From assembly GCA_012295275.1 (NCBI GenBank), contig CM022673.1, positions 496,001 to 560,000 of the forward strand: a DNA stretch of 64,000 bases, given 5' to 3'. Of this stretch, positions 26,089 through 41,205 are shown one piece after another. The notes beneath the pieces are model-generated. The model searched no databases. It saw only the letters and a program-made list of their open reading frames with translations, and was not told where the DNA came from. The DNA comes from Chrysomallon squamiferum (taxonomy: Eukaryota > Animalia > Mollusca). A program made the translations under genes and the position numbers. Position 1 is the stretch's first letter. Each line of letters opens with the position of its first letter.

Positions 26089-27545
26089 TCGAGATCATTA
26101 AACCATGCATTCACAATAATAATATTATAACTTACAATGTATAAATGTGGACATATAAATTATATATAAGATGAGTGATTATGGCATATTTTTAAACAGA
26201 AATTTCTGCCCTTCTGGACACACGTCATATATTACCGTGAGTTATGATAATCATAAATTTTAATATACAATTAATTATTGCTATATACACAAAAAAAAAA
26301 AAAAATAATAATAATAATAATAACATGCAGCAGATATTTCAGTCACAGAGAGAAATGCACACAAAACATTTCTAATTTTCCTTCTTCCCCAGCTGCGACA
26401 ATGATTGGTGCCAAAAAAACAAAACAAACAATGAAAAAAACAAGACATAGAAACAAGCAACAATTTGAGACAAACATAATAAATCAAATATTAAGTAGTC
26501 TGTATAACAAAGTAATGGTAAAAGGATAAATAATATTCTAAATGATTTTGTTTAGAAATATGGCAAACATGAGAAGATGAAATGGCACAAAAATAATATT
26601 AAGATAGTATTAATAAAAATAAAAAATAAAAAAGGTAAAGATTTACAATTTGTTTATCATATTAGTTTTACCATCTATTTTCAGAACTGTACCAATATCT
26701 TAAATAATTTTATATTATTTTTATATATAAATTTAAAAAAAAAAAAAAAAAAAACAAAAAAAAAAAAGAAAAATGTTAACTTTAGAAAGAATCTCAAAGA
26801 TTAACAATAAGAAATTCCTAATTTAAACTTTATTTAAATCATTATCACAAATAAATAACAAACAGCATTTACTGAATGCAACACCAAATCTGTGAACTTT
26901 CTATAGTTTGTAAATACAATTTTGTTAATAAGAACTAAAATTAAAGTGAAAATGAAAAATTCCCAATTTTATATCTATGATCACTAAATCATTTTTTTTT
27001 TTTAAATTATTAAATTAATTTACATCTGAAATAAAATAAAATAAAAAAAATAATATTAATAATTTTATTTATTTATTTATCTTTTTAAATCACACAATTT
27101 TTATATTTATCTAATTAATTAATGAATTCCCAGACTTGGTGTTGATCATAACCACAATCTATGAAAAACAAGAAGAAGCAAGGAAAGACAAAAGGCTACG
27201 CTGGTCACATGACCACATATCATTAACAAATACCGCTTTCATAGACAAGTATATCTGATCAAACAAAACAGTAATTAACAGTTTACATACTAATTAATAA
27301 ATTTCATTTGGCACAGTTTGAAAAATTAACGTACTCTTAGTTCACAAGTGCATAATCAACAGAAAAACATTTTCAACTGTATTTAATCTTTTTGAAAATA
27401 CATAAAATGCGGGTTGAGTTGGAGTGAAGGGATCAGATGGGACAGCTTGAACCCTTACACTGATTAGGCCTTAACAGTTAATTATTGCTGAGTGATGTCC
27501 TAAAAATAATAATCATAATAATAACAATAATAACAATAACAATAC

Positions 27546-27581
<36 letters not shown>

Positions 27582-28813
27582 CAGTAGTAATAATAGCATA
27601 TTTGCAGAGCTCATGTTACCCCCACCCAGCTGCCACTTTGCATCCATTTCTAAATTATAATATATAAATAAAAAATTAAATTAAAAAAAATTAAAAAAAA
27701 AAAAAATAATAATAATAATTACATTTATTTCTGTACAATAACAAATCCATGTATATTATCTTGATTGAAAAAAAAAAAAAAAAAAAGAAATAATAATAAT
27801 AATAATAAAACAATTATGAGACAAATGCCAATGGACATATGTAAATGTGATATTTACAGTGAGGGCAGTGTATTTATGTATCTGTATATGCCTAACAGGG
27901 TGATGTGATTCTGTACCTATAAGAGAAACAAACAAAATAATGAAATGGTCCACCAAAACAAAAGAAATATTATGTAAGTACACTATTAAATACTATTAAT
28001 GAAAAGTGACTTTTTTTTTATATATATATATATATATATATACACTCCCAAATCAACCCGGGAGTTTGTCATTGAAATGAAGCAAATAGCAATACTACTA
28101 TAAAAACAGATAATTTTACTATAACAAACCCCCTTCCAAATAAACATATTCAGCAATAACAAAACACCATTATAACAATAACATCAGCTGACAAAATGAT
28201 ATATTATTATTTTTTTTTTTTATTGTAATATGAATTTAGAATTTTTTATTTTATTGTTATTCATAATTAATCAGAGATAAGATTGTAATTTTTTATTTTG
28301 GACTTTCTGTTTCCATTTTAATGAAGATAGATAAGTTTCTGTTATAAGCCAAGGAAGATGATATTTGTAATGAAAAAATAAAATATTATTTCTTAAACTC
28401 AATATCTAAAAAAAGAAAAGTCAAGACTTGTTATTATGAAAGGGAAGATAAAAATTAATGTGTATATTTCATTTTAAATGTTGTGAACAATACAGACAGA
28501 AAATATAATAATAAAATCATGTTTGTCTTCTCATTCTCTCACAAAAATCATTTTATCACTTACTGTTATTTTTATTTCATAAAATGAAAAATATGTTATC
28601 CCCTAACATACTGCAATAAAAACACAACAAAAAACCAAAAAACAAACAACAAATCTACAGTGATTTGATGAAAACATTAGCTTCTATACTACAATTCAGA
28701 TCAAAAGAAAAGTTATAAAAAAAAAATTAAAAAAAATCTTCATTATCTAGCACCATTGTCATTTCTTAGTAGATATGCAATGTATAAAGGAGGGAACTGC
28801 GTAGTCATGATAA

Positions 28814-29088
28814 CTAAGAGGATGATGTCTCCTCAGCAACAGCTGATGTATTTTCATAGACCATGTTTGAAGATTCGTTATAAGAATTATCCATACTGCA
28901 GTCAGAATTGGCGTCGTTGTCGAAATCATCGTTTTCTAGGTAGTTAGATGAATTGTGCTCATCACCATTTCGGCTTGATTCAATTGTGGGTGAGTCTTGG
29001 CGACCATTTGACAAACCACTGATAGGAGATCGAGACAAAAACTGAGATGGATCGAAACCCGAAGGCATAGATGTATTTCTGTCATCAC
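28814..29088 (-). CDS. SoxD: SoxD last coding exon (acidic/Ser-rich tail)
   Basis: tttcag| phase 1, GDDRNTSMPSGFDPSQFL...AEETSSS* (TAG). Confidence 0.85.
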
Positions 29089-29378
29089 CTGAAATAAAAC
29101 AAAACAAAACAAAATAAAATAAAATGAAATGAAATAAAATAAACTAAAAAATAATTAAAAAAATAAAAAAAAAAATAAATATAATAAAATGTAATAACAT
29201 GTAAAATAAAATTAAATTAAAATAAATAAATAAATAAATAAGTACATTTCAATAATCACTTTCAGCGTTCAAGATAAAAAAACAAAAACAAGTAACAATA
29301 ATGATGTTTCAAAAGGATAACATAAGGTAACAATTTAAGATGGGGAGTTTTAGCACCTGTTGTTCAAAGCAGACATAC

Positions 29379-29512
29379 CTTCCAGGTAGGATGAACCAGA
29401 ATCACCATACCAAACTCTACGCACGTCATGGCGCCTGGCTTTCATGAGAGACTTGTATTCAGAAATTCTCAACTTCTTCCCATCAACTATACATGTTCTC
29501 TTAGGCCTTGGT
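29379..29512 (-). CDS. SoxD: SoxD exon: end of HMG box and group-D-specific tail (missed by the ORF track)
   Basis: [63 protein letters not shown] is diagnostic of Sox5/6/13/Sox102F. AG/GT borders, phase 2 to 1. Confidence 0.97.
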
Positions 29513-29639
29513 CTGTAAGTAAACAAAGGTATTTCTAAAGATATGAAAAAAGTAAGTTGTCATCTGAGTACAGAATTAATTTATTAATAAAAAATTAAAA
29601 AATATGAGTGCAGAAGAGTTACAGAAGGGAGGTAACTAC

Positions 29640-29745
29640 CTGTATCTGTAGTCTGGATGTTTTTCCATGTGAAGTTTACTCAGACGAGATTGTTCTTCAT
29701 AAAAAGGCTGTTTCTCTGCATTTGTCATAGCCTTCCACTTTGCAC
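29640..29745 (-). CDS. SoxD: SoxD exon: HMG box, second half
   Basis: [36 protein letters not shown]; AG/GT borders, phase 1 to 2. Confidence 0.97.
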
Positions 29746-30088
29746 CTGAAATTAAATACAAAAAAAAAATTAGAAAAAGTACACATAAACAAATTAAAAA
29801 GATCATTACAGTCAATATGTACTTAAAAAACATTTAAAAATGTTTAACTTTAAGATAAGCCTAATTATTATGAATATAATAATAATAATAATAACAATAA
29901 TAATAATAATAATAATTATTATTATTATTATAAGTGGGTCCAGAAACAGAACTATGTTTTTAGTTTAAAATAAATTATTATAAGCAGCTCAGCAAAAACA
30001 TGAAATGAAAAGACTAAAAACTTACAATTTTAACATACACTTAATTATTATTAATAAGTCAGTGGACAATATAAATGAGATGGTTTAC

Positions 30089-30259
30089 CTAGAATTTTGC
30101 TGATGTTTGAGTTATGCATATCTGGGCAAGCTTTGAGGATCTTTCTCCTCTCTTCCCTTGCCCATACCATGAATGCATTCATTGGTCGTTTGATATGTGG
30201 CCGATTTGGATCACCTTTGTCCCGTTGTGAACGTATTATTTTTGCACCAAACATTTTAC
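30089..30259 (-). CDS. SoxD: SoxD exon: HMG box, first half
   Basis: [58 protein letters not shown], the SoxD signature; 171 nt, phase 1-1. Confidence 0.98.
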
Positions 30260-30742
30260 CTGAAATATTATTTTTAAAATATTAATATATTCTGTATTTT
30301 AATGTGTACAAAAATTCAGCAGTACTGGTGATGATGAAATTGACGTATGTTGATAATTTTAAGCAGCAATACCTCCTTTTGTATGTTTTATAAAGAGATA
30401 ATTATTTCAAGGTTCACAAAATGAACTCTATTAATAGATACATGTATTTGTTATTGTTTGTTCAATAAAATTGTATTAAAAGAACAGTATTTAAGTAGAT
30501 TTGATAAATAAATACAAAATAAAATAAAATAAATAATAAAAATAAAATAAATCAAAATAAAATAAAAGCATGAAATGAAATGATAATAACTGAAATAAAA
30601 AATAAAATAAAATAAAACGCAAGCACAGATATTATGTAGATTGTGTGTATGTGTGTGTGAATATACATACTATACAAAAATATAGTTTAAAAAAAAATAA
30701 AATAAAATAAAAAAACAGAGTACTAAAAAGTTTGTTACTTAC

Positions 30743-30920
30743 TTTGTAGATGTTGTACATAAGTTTCGTTGTCACCAGATGAAAGAGATTGCGACTCATT
30801 GGCCGATGGAAGCTGTGGCATTGGTGGCATCATGGCAGACGCACTTGTGTAGAGTGGAAGATGAGGAAGACCAGGGAAAACTGGACCATTGACAGAAGCC
30901 AACTGACGGGCCAGTGCTTC
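30743..30920 (-). CDS. SoxD: SoxD internal exon
   Basis: gtgcag| EALARQLASVNGPVFPGLPHLPLY...YVQHLQ |gtaagt; phase 0 to 1, compatible with both neighbours. Confidence 0.9.
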
Positions 30921-31334
30921 CTGCACAAAACTCTCCTGGAATTATGGAAAAATTGCTTTATCAGTATATCAGTGTCAATAATATTTAGCTTTCTTCTGTC
31001 TACATATCGTTCATGCATATTTATCACAGGCAAAACAACTCATCTCAGTCATCACTTATAATTTCATACCCATTTTAATTTTAGACTATATATATAAAGG
31101 ATATGTCAGAATAAAATGTGCAAAATATTTAATGTGGATTTCTTAATATATCTTTTCATCCATCACAGACGTATCTGATATGTACATATATACACTTGTG
31201 GCAAGCATAAAAGATAATTTAGCCTCTTGATGCCAGTGTTGGTAAAGTCATTTGTTGGAATTTCATAAAATCTAAAAGCAGCTTTTCAATTTACAGAATA
31301 CAGTTTTATAAATAAAATTGTAACTTCAAATTAC

Positions 31335-31918
31335 CTTCTCTGAATCTGTTGGTGATCCTTTGCTGCCATTGAGAGTGTGCGCATGATTGCTCAAGCTCAA
31401 ACTGGCCGAACCTGGGAAATGAGAAGCCAGATTCATGAAAGGATTTGTCACATACTGAGCTGGGATTGCAAATGGTGACCTCAGACCAAGCAGTGGCGAG
31501 ATGTCTGTTGTTGGTGTCAGGGTGGGCGTTGGCTGAATGGGTGCTGGTCTCTTGTGGTTGCTGTGAGCAGGCGGAGGGGTGGTCACAGGCTCCCGTTTGA
31601 CATGCTGACCGACATCATGGATTGAATGATTGAGATGTTTCTCACTCTTAAACGACTGCTTCGGTTTCGACAGGTTCAGAGGAACATCTTGATCAGTCTG
31701 TGGAAGCTCCATCGGGTTGCGGTGACCCACCCACAAAGGCGTGTGAGCTGTTGACATGTGTGGGTGTGGACTCGACTGTGGCATTCTGGGAGATATGCAC
31801 GACTGTGGGGAAAGGTGGAAGCTGGCTGATGGAAGATGTGGAGAAGTGGAGAGTCTTGCTGGAGAAGTGACTGGAGATGTGTGTGGGGAAGATCCAGAAT
31901 GGCTTAATGTGGATGAAA
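31335..31918 (-). CDS. SoxD: SoxD Pro/Ser/His-rich exon with PLNLS CtBP-binding motif
   Basis: tttcag| ... GAGAAG|gtaatt, 584 nt, phase 1 to 0. DVPLNLSKPK (PLNLS at 31668-31682) matches the CtBP motif known in Sox6. Confidence 0.92.
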
Positions 31919-32899
31919 CTGAAATAATAATAATAATTAAATTAAACTCACACCACAAATATTTTCATTAAAAAATGTCCAAAATCTATTGAAATATACA
32001 TGGAATATGTGCGATGTAGGCAATTTTTATAAACAAATTAATATATTTGTAAATAATACTGCTGCAGTGATGACAATTTCAATTTTTTTTAAATAAAAAT
32101 TAATGTAATTATAAAAGTTTATCCATACTGTATTCAGAAATGTCATTATTATGTATTCATTTTCATTAAATAACATAAATTTTAGCTTGGTAAAATCATC
32201 AAAAACATATTCCAACGGTAATTCTATTGGAATTAAAACTTTTACATTTTGTTTTTCTTTGCAAGAAGAAGATTTGCATTGTTAAAATAAAATCTTTGTA
32301 ATGAAAACTAAAAAAAAAAACCAGTAGATAAGCATCTAACATGGTTGCTATGTAAAATGGTTTTAAAAAATAATAATAAAAGTTTTGCACCAAATATTAT
32401 TACAAAATTTTGTTGCCATGGTTTTTATATTTTAAAAAAGTTTTCTTGTTTTGTTATTAACTTGTTTGATCTGATGGTATTTGGTGAAAAAAAAGAAAAA
32501 CAGAAAGAAGCTGCTCATTTTGAAAATAAATAGTGAATTTCAACAAAAAATAAAACTACATAATCATGTTGATTTTGGCTTTCTGACAACTTATATAGAA
32601 CAACCCAAGAAGAAAAAATAAGGAAAGAGAAAAAAATAATTAATTAATTGTGAGGAAATGTAGAACAATAATAATAAGAAAGAAAGAAAGAATAATAAAT
32701 TAATAAATTAATAATAATCATAAAATGGAAATAAAGTCATATTTAAATTCAATTTTCATTAGTTAGAAATGACAAATGAAAATCAGAACTTGAGACACAG
32801 GCATCTTCAAAATCAAAAGGATTATAAATATATAAAAAATAAAATTCAAATTCTTTTTAACCAAGAAATGACAAATCTCAAAAATAAATAGTAGAAACA

Positions 32900-32963
<64 letters not shown>

Positions 32964-35273
32964 CAAATCAAATCAAATAAAAAATAAATATATAAATAAA
33001 TGAACTTATGTCAATATTAATTAAAAATTTCTTTTTAATATCTCTTTTGCATCCCAAATTTAGTTTGTAGTATCAATAAATGATAATCTAAAAATGCTGA
33101 ATTTTTAACCATCATTTCTAAAACAAATAGAATTTAAAAGTAGAAAAATTACAATAAACCTTTTTAGTAAAATTAACCTTTAATTATATATATAAATATT
33201 TTTAAAATAATCATATAATTATAGCTTTCCTTCTTTCCAGATTTTTTCTGAAAATGAGATTAAAAGAAAAAATAAAGAAATAAAGAAACAAACACTACAA
33301 ACCAGACCAAACACTTTAAGAACTATTTCAGTAAACATTCTATGAAAGCAATTAGGGCAGCTATGGTTCACATACTTTTGTTATTTTTAAACAATAACGT
33401 TTCAGTTGTAATTCCATATCTGATCTTGGAGGGATGGGACAGATGGAGCCTATAGCCTAAATTATAACGTGTTTATTATTTAGAAGGGATTCTGTTCTTT
33501 ATTTTTTTCCTGTGAGAATTCTTTCAAGACAGTAAGCAATGACGTAAAAATTTCACTTTAGACAGCATAATCATTAGCAGTAAGTGTCACCATCTGTTTG
33601 AAAAACAACTAGCTCTCTGTTATTCAGTAATTATTCATGTTCATAATAAACTCAGGGATTAGTGACACATTCAGTTTTGAAAATGAATTGAGATCTTTAT
33701 GAATTTCAGACCTTGAGAAACAATTCAGACTTTCTTCACAGTGTAAATGATTCAGGCATTTTTAGGAATTTAAACATTTTATGAATATACGTTTAACTCC
33801 TTCAAAATATCTGGCATTTTCATGAAGTCTCAGTTTTTTTAAGACATTAAAATTCTCACAAGAACATTTATTATTTCAAAACAAAAAAAGTTAGATATTT
33901 TTGAGATGCTATTTCAAGAAAGTAAATTTTCCAGAGAACATTAGGCTATCTTAAAAGTTGGATATCTTCTTTTTTTTTCTTCCCCCCCAACAGATGTTAT
34001 TCGTAGCCTTAACTTTTGTTGTTGTTGTTGTTGTTTTGTTTTTATTTTTCAAAAGAATGTCTGTCATTTTAAAGGACTTCAAAATTTTCAGGAATTTCAC
34101 TTGTTACATTTTTTTCTGAATCAAACCTGCTTTTATTTGTTGATGTGGTTCCATACCCAGTCCTAAAGCAAACACAATAATGAATTGTACAAACACACTA
34201 CATATTAATTACACATTAAAAAAGATTTCTGCTTTGTTACTGTTTTGCTTTCTCTATAAAATGCATTATGGTAGATTAAGTTCACAGTACCCGAAGTGGA
34301 AATGGTTTTTGAACACAAATATTATACAATACTTTTTATTTTTTAGATTTTTTCTGTGGCTAAAAAATACTGTCGTGTAATATAATAATTTGTTTTATAA
34401 AATTTAAACATTATGAAGACATAAAGAAAAGAAAAGAAAAATGAATGACATATAATCTCTTCATATCTTTCAAAATGTTTCAGTTTAATTTTGAAGAATG
34501 ATGTTATTTTAAAAAATAAATATCTTCTGGTATCATTAATGAAAAACATATCAGTATGATGCAGTACAATCTGTGCTTAGATAAAAGAATGAACATTAAA
34601 CACAAAACTACCAGAAGTAAAAACCACATTTGGTGAAGCCAATATTTGAAAACGCTTAACGTTGGAGAAGACTCATTCTTTCAAGTGTATTTGGTCGTGC
34701 AGACATAGCAGCAGATTTATTTCACAGGCTGTTGTCAGTGTTATCTGTTGAAGACACACTGCACTCTGAAGTGACCCAAATGAACGTAATCACTCAAATA
34801 TACACTTTTTACTGCACCCAGAAACTGTCTTTTAGGGGAACACTATCATGTCAGATGAAAATTTTAATTCTTTCTTTTTTTATGAACAAAACGCGATCTC
34901 CAGTCATATACTTCTTATCAAGGATTGGAAATGATTATGCAGTCCAGGGCAGTTTAACATACCATTCCAAATATATGCAAACATACTGTAATGCAAGCAA
35001 AGCACATCGTAACACATACAAAAAGGTCCTCGGAAATTTACAGAGGTCTAGCTGCTGTATCTTTTCACCATCTGCTTATCAAATGGGCATGCATGGAAAA
35101 ACAAAGCCAAGCATTTTATGCAATTATGTGTAAGGAAAGATTGGAGTCAGCCTAGTACAGAGAACTGACAGAACGGGTGTCAGCCTTCAGTGCAGTGCTA
35201 TTCTTTGAGGCTGCTGTCAAAACAGTGTAATTCAGCCCCTCATTAAGTGCTGGTGGCATGTGAACTGAAACAA

Positions 35274-35306
<33 letters not shown>

Positions 35307-38300
35307 TGATGAAGTTTACCATGGCAGACCAAGCATTCTAAGAGTGACCCCATGTTTTTGAAAGAAAAAATATATATTTAAAAAAAAAAGAAGAAGAAAA
35401 AAAAAAAAAGCTACTGATTTATGGGATGCTGATAAAAGACATTAAGTGTGTTAAGATAATGCATGTTTAGCCAGAGAAATACATTGTCAGATTAGCCTGC
35501 AGTATGAAAGCCAACACTCTGGTTCTCGTCTGATAAAGATAGTGGTCATTTCAGCACCAAGAAAAACACTTCAATGATGATTGTTACACTCCTGGACAGA
35601 TCCTATCAAGAAGTGGGCAACAAATTTTACACATTCCTTCTCAGACAGAGGCTACCACTCAACAAGTAAAAGCTGTCAGAGATGGTCAGAATCTAGTTAA
35701 GAAATGTTTTCTTTAACTGTGTCCAAGTAAAAAATATGTTTTTGTTGGCTGTTCTCTGTTTAATAAATCAGTGTTAAATCATTCAATAATTTCTGACTTC
35801 TGCTCTATGGCATGCTTGGTGATGGTGTTGGAATGGTCATTTTATAACACTTCAGGTTAATAGCCACTAAACTAATGCCCATTCACTATCTAGAGTTATT
35901 CTGTGACATTTAAATGTTTCTCATTATTTCTGTAATAAACTGTTGTCCCAGTACTTTTATTACATAGCAGACAAAAAACTGATACATCTACCTCCCTCAG
36001 TCTTTATAAAGATACAATTATAACTTAAATTAAAATGAGACCTTGTTGTTTTTGTCAGTATTAGTTACTGAAATATTTAAAAATAATAAAGTATAAATAA
36101 TAAAGATAATGATAATGATGGTTTGGAAATAACAGTAGTAGGTGATGACAACTTTTCTCATTTTCATTACCATCTCCTCTCTCTCTTTCTATCCCTTTCT
36201 CCCTTCCTCCTCCTTCCTTCACCCCACTCTATCTAATTATCTCCCTTCACCCATCTATATGCCTACTCAATCTATTACAAAAACCAAAAGGTCAGAACAA
36301 AACTGAAACTCATACAAGAACAATAAATTAAACAAATAGAATGTTCACAAAGACAATTATCCTGCCACTCTGGTCAGTGAAGGAACTTTCTGAAACTAAC
36401 AATCCTCACAGTTTCGTTTTCTACCATCCAGCACTTGTCATCTTTGACAAGACAGTTTTCAGCAGCTGAAGACAAAGCCAGACTCAGAGAAACACATTTC
36501 AAACATCACTGTTTGAAAGATCATTTATTTTTACTGGTAAGTATTCAATTAGAAAGCAGTGGGGGTTTACATTAATTCTTCTGGACTCTGTTAATGTGCA
36601 CTACTTGTCCTATTAGTTTCTTCTTCTTTTTAAAAAAATCAAAAACACTCCAAAAAAGCCCAACAAAAACCCACTGTTATTCACCATCAGTGGAAAAGGG
36701 CACAAGAATCTTTAACACATGTAAGAGATGCAAGGATACAGAAAAAGTGCTGTAAATAATGAACATAAATTTCCAACTGTTTTGAGCTGAAAAGATCTAA
36801 ATTAATAGAAGACAACATCAGTGTCTTGTAAGTGCTTTAAAAAAAATAAAATAAATTTAAAGGAGAAGAAGAAAAGAAAAGGTTAATGGAAGAGTGTAAA
36901 AAAAACAATCATCTGGAAAGGATAATGGACAAAGGGATTTTCAATTTCCTGCTTAATTTCAGACAGTTATTTTAAATCAACATAAATATTGTATCTAATT
37001 GTCATCCAGGACATGAAAGAAGAAGTAAAATTGAAAGGACCGGGACAGAATTAGATAGAGATAATGATCAAATATTATTTAATACAGAACTCAATATAGA
37101 GTACACAGTATAGATTGTTTGAAATTGCAGAAACAGAAGATAAAAAAATAGGCAATAAGATAAAGAAAAGAAAAAAAAGTGAAAGGAAGAAAAGACAAAT
37201 AATTAAAGAAATATAGAATGAATGAAAGGAAAATGAAAGACAATAAGAAACTGTAAAATTTAGAAAAATTAAATCTCAAAATCATATGAAAAAAAATGTC
37301 AAATAAGTTAAAGAGAGAAAAATTAAAGATTAAAAAAACAAACACAATAACAATACGAAAATTTTAAAAGTTAATAAAAACTCTCAAGTGAAAAGAAAAG
37401 AAAAAGAAAACAATTGCAATATATATATGTATGTAAAGATATAATACTACTGTCTACATGTACAAGGAGGGTCCAATGATAGAGTTTTAAAATAAAATAA
37501 AATAGTAATAGAAACAATGGTAATGAAAAAAAAAAAAAACCTGAAAAAACAAAAGAAAAAAAAAAAACAATAAACAATTATCAGAATAAATATTATAATT
37601 ATTTTACCCCAAATGCTTCAAGTATGGCTTTACTGGTCACAAAGTCAGTGTGTACTTTCTAGTAGTCATAAAACAAATAACAAGTAGTCATACTGACATG
37701 TGCAAGACAACAATAAAGGCAGTGGAACAATTAGTTATGGTGACATAAAAACTAAACTGTAATCCAATATCCCCTGATTGCCCGTTCGTCTTGAGTTAAT
37801 TAAGATTCTTGGAGAAGCACACCACTTAATACTGTAATTAACAATGAAATTCCTTACACACATGGCAAACAGGTGGAGTCAAGTTCTGGGACAAACATAT
37901 GGATTAAAGATTTTTTTTTTTTTCTCGCATAAATAATTTTAAAAAGGAATTTAAAAATTTATACAGAAAAGAAAATTTTAAAAAGAAGAAGAGAAAGAAG
38001 GAAATAAGGATGTCAGAGTAAGATAACTTATGAAAGAAATCAATGCATACTCAAACTGATTGTATATGCAGTAAGAACACACTCACTGTCCTTAAATGTT
38101 TTCCATGTGAATATTCTGCAAAATCTGAATGATTAGCAAAAAATATAATTTATCATTGTGATTTAAGGCTTTCTAAAATGGAATTTTGAAATTTTTATGA
38201 ACTTGTATTTTCTAAAAATGAAATTCAATCATCACAGTATATGTTGGAATAAAGAAAGTAGCCATTTTATTACCAGTCTTGTTTGTGTAACAACATCAAG

Positions 38301-41117
38301 TAAACAGTATGCTGGAAATGTTTATAAACAGACTTAAACTACATCACATTATGCAATACAATGAAACATTCATTGCCACCAATCTCATTATTTATCCACT
38401 CTCTAAACAATAACATCATGGATTTCTGTCAGCTTTGGTTACATTTTCATTCCGATAACATGGATTTATTGTTACTTTCATATTCCCAAACAAAATAGAC
38501 TTTTATTTACTTGGTTATTTCTGCAATCACAAAATAACAACAGTGATGTATGTGAATCTGTTGTCTTTAGCATTCTCAAAAAAACCCACAAAACAACTCA
38601 ATAATAATAAAATAAAATAAATAATAAAAATAAAATAAAATAAAATAAAATAAAAATAACAAAAATATTAATAAAAAATACATTTTGGTAATGCTATTAT
38701 CTTTAATCCAAAAAGAAAATATTGTTATGCATATTAAAGGTTATATGCATTATTATTATTATTATTAAAAATATTATATTAGCTGTATAATCTGTTAACA
38801 TAATCTCTCTCTCACTGTTTGTTTGTACTCACAAATACACACATAAACACACTCTCACTTTTACTCTTTCTCACTTTCACTTCCTTCTCCTTTTTATCCA
38901 TTTTTCAGGTCTCCTTCTCTTTATTTAAAGTGAAATAATTTTAAAAAAAGTATGTTAACTACAATAACAGGACAACACAGCATTTCCATCTGGAGTTTTC
39001 ATTTCTGCCACCTGACTTGAATATTATACAGAGTAAAGAATATGGTTTTGTTACTCACCAGTTGCAATAGCCTCTCCCCTTATTATCCCCTACCCTATGT
39101 AAACCTTCCCCGCAGAAATGTGTGGGAAAGCAGAGAATTATAAAACCTCAAATTGATATCCTGATGTTAGGACAAGAACAAAAAAGAAGTAAGTGTATTA
39201 CAATAGCTGATAATAGGTTAGCAATCTGTCAGGTCCTCATTCATGTTTGGAGGAAAATATCACAGAAGACAAAAGTAGTCAAGCAATGAAGGATTGTTAT
39301 AAAAAGAAAAAAGAAAAAAGGTTAGTGGGAGTGGAAAGGATGGTTGTATGCCAGATACAAACATTTTACAGCATTTACCAGATTGATAAATAAGTTAGAT
39401 TTGTGAAGATAATAAAGCAAAAAAAAAAAAAAAAATGATAAGATAACTCAATGAGTGTGTGTATGCATATATATGCATGTGTGTGGGTGTAGATGAGAGA
39501 GAAGGGGAAAGAGGGACAGAAAAGAAAGTTGGTTTATTTTGCTCATAACTAAAATGTATTTTTATTATTATTATTATTATTATTATTAACATCATCATCC
39601 TCACTATCATCATAATCATTATTATTTATTATTTGCTTTTAAAATCTGAACTGTTTTGGGTGTTTTTTATTAGTGAGTGTCTTGGGGTTGTTTTTTTGGC
39701 TTGTTATTTATTTTCTCTGTGTGTGTATGTTGTCTTTTTTTAAATCTTTTGTGAAGTCATCTGCCAGTGTTTTTGGCAAACATCAGCATTTTTATTACCA
39801 TTTAACAAACACTCAAGTTGTGTATTGTCTTTCTGTATTAAATCAAACAAACCAAACTGTCAGGATATTTTTACTTTATATCTTTTAAACACTAACAATA
39901 AAAAAAGAAACGTGGCTACTGTGTAACAAAGATGTCAAAACAATTTATATATTCCCATTAAACAAGAGTACAAAAAAAAAAAAAAAAAAAATGTATGTGT
40001 GTGTGTCTATATATATAAATATATATATATTTCCTGTTTTTTTGTGTTTTTAATAGATGTTTGACTAGTTAGCAAAGCAATCAATAACTGTCTCAAAGAC
40101 TACAATTTTATTCTTCTTTTTTTTAATTATTATTTTAGTTCATGCCAAGTGGCTAACTATTGTACAGTACTTCCCCATTCCAACATATGGTAACAGTATG
40201 TGTTATGTATACACTGTGTGCTGCATACATAAGATATACTACATGTGTGTAATACGCCTGAAAGGTTGTAGGCAACACCTGGAGCAGGCCCTTGAACTTT
40301 ATTTGTTTATTATTTTAACATTATAAACAATCATTTCAAGTCAAATGAAACAGAACAAACAGAAAGTTAACAAAAGAAATGCAAATAAACATTTTATCAG
40401 AAGATATGGCAGACACCTTTAATTTGTATGTATTATTAGTGTTAATATATTTAGCCATAATTTGTTTTGTTTTTTTGGTAGAACGTTTTTGGGTTTTGAG
40501 GGATGTTTCTGAGTGTGTGTCTGTGTGTATGTGACTGTGTTATAAATAAGTATTTAAAAACTGGATGGAAATATCACTAAATGGTACAAAATGTATTACC
40601 ATAGCACAGGATTTGAACTGCAATGAAAATGATACATTTAAAAAAAAAAAAAAGTTTCTAAAATAATATAAAATGAACATCTGTCACAACAGTAAAATAA
40701 TCCACATATAAAAAGTCAAAGATAATATACTGTTATTAATTTAAATAAATATTTCATTATTTATAACTGGCTTTATGATTATAAATTACAAATCTGAAAC
40801 TCTGACAAATATTAAATGACAATTTTATTTAATTTTTATGAGAAAAGCAACAATATTAATATCAATCAATGTTAAAATAGTTATTAAATTAGTGGGAACA
40901 GCTTTGAAAAATATCCTTTAAATTTATTCTCATAAAGCAGTATCTTTAGAGCAATTAATATAGTAATTGATGCCACCATCTTTCTCCCCTTCCCAAATCC
41001 AATACATTTTTTGTTTAACATTTTTGTTTTGTTTTGTTTTGAAATTCTTTCTTTTTTTTTTTTTGGGGGGGGGGGGCTTATGACATGCCCATTTAGGAGA
41101 ACTAATTAATACAGTAA

Positions 41118-41205
41118 TTATTTTAGTATTTGAAACGGTTACATATATAAATGGAATTTAATTTAAATTATAATATAATAAATGGATAATTAAATAATGT
41201 AATTA
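41118..41205 (+). repeat. Left arm of a perfect 88-bp inverted repeat
   Basis: ttattttagtatttgaaacggttacatatataaatggaatt...aaataatgtaatta is the exact reverse complement of 43055-43142. Confidence 0.95.

Noticed and set aside
31756-31971. Cys/Gly-rich antisense ORFs overlapping SoxD exons (also 30789-31061, 28756-28947)
   Set aside because: Shadow frames of genuine coding exons.
34732-35133. 133-aa + strand ORF (also 48964-49284 and 57365-57794) within SoxD introns
   Set aside because: Non-ATG starts in the main ORFs, no recognisable motifs or splice support; better explained as GC-richer non-coding islands.
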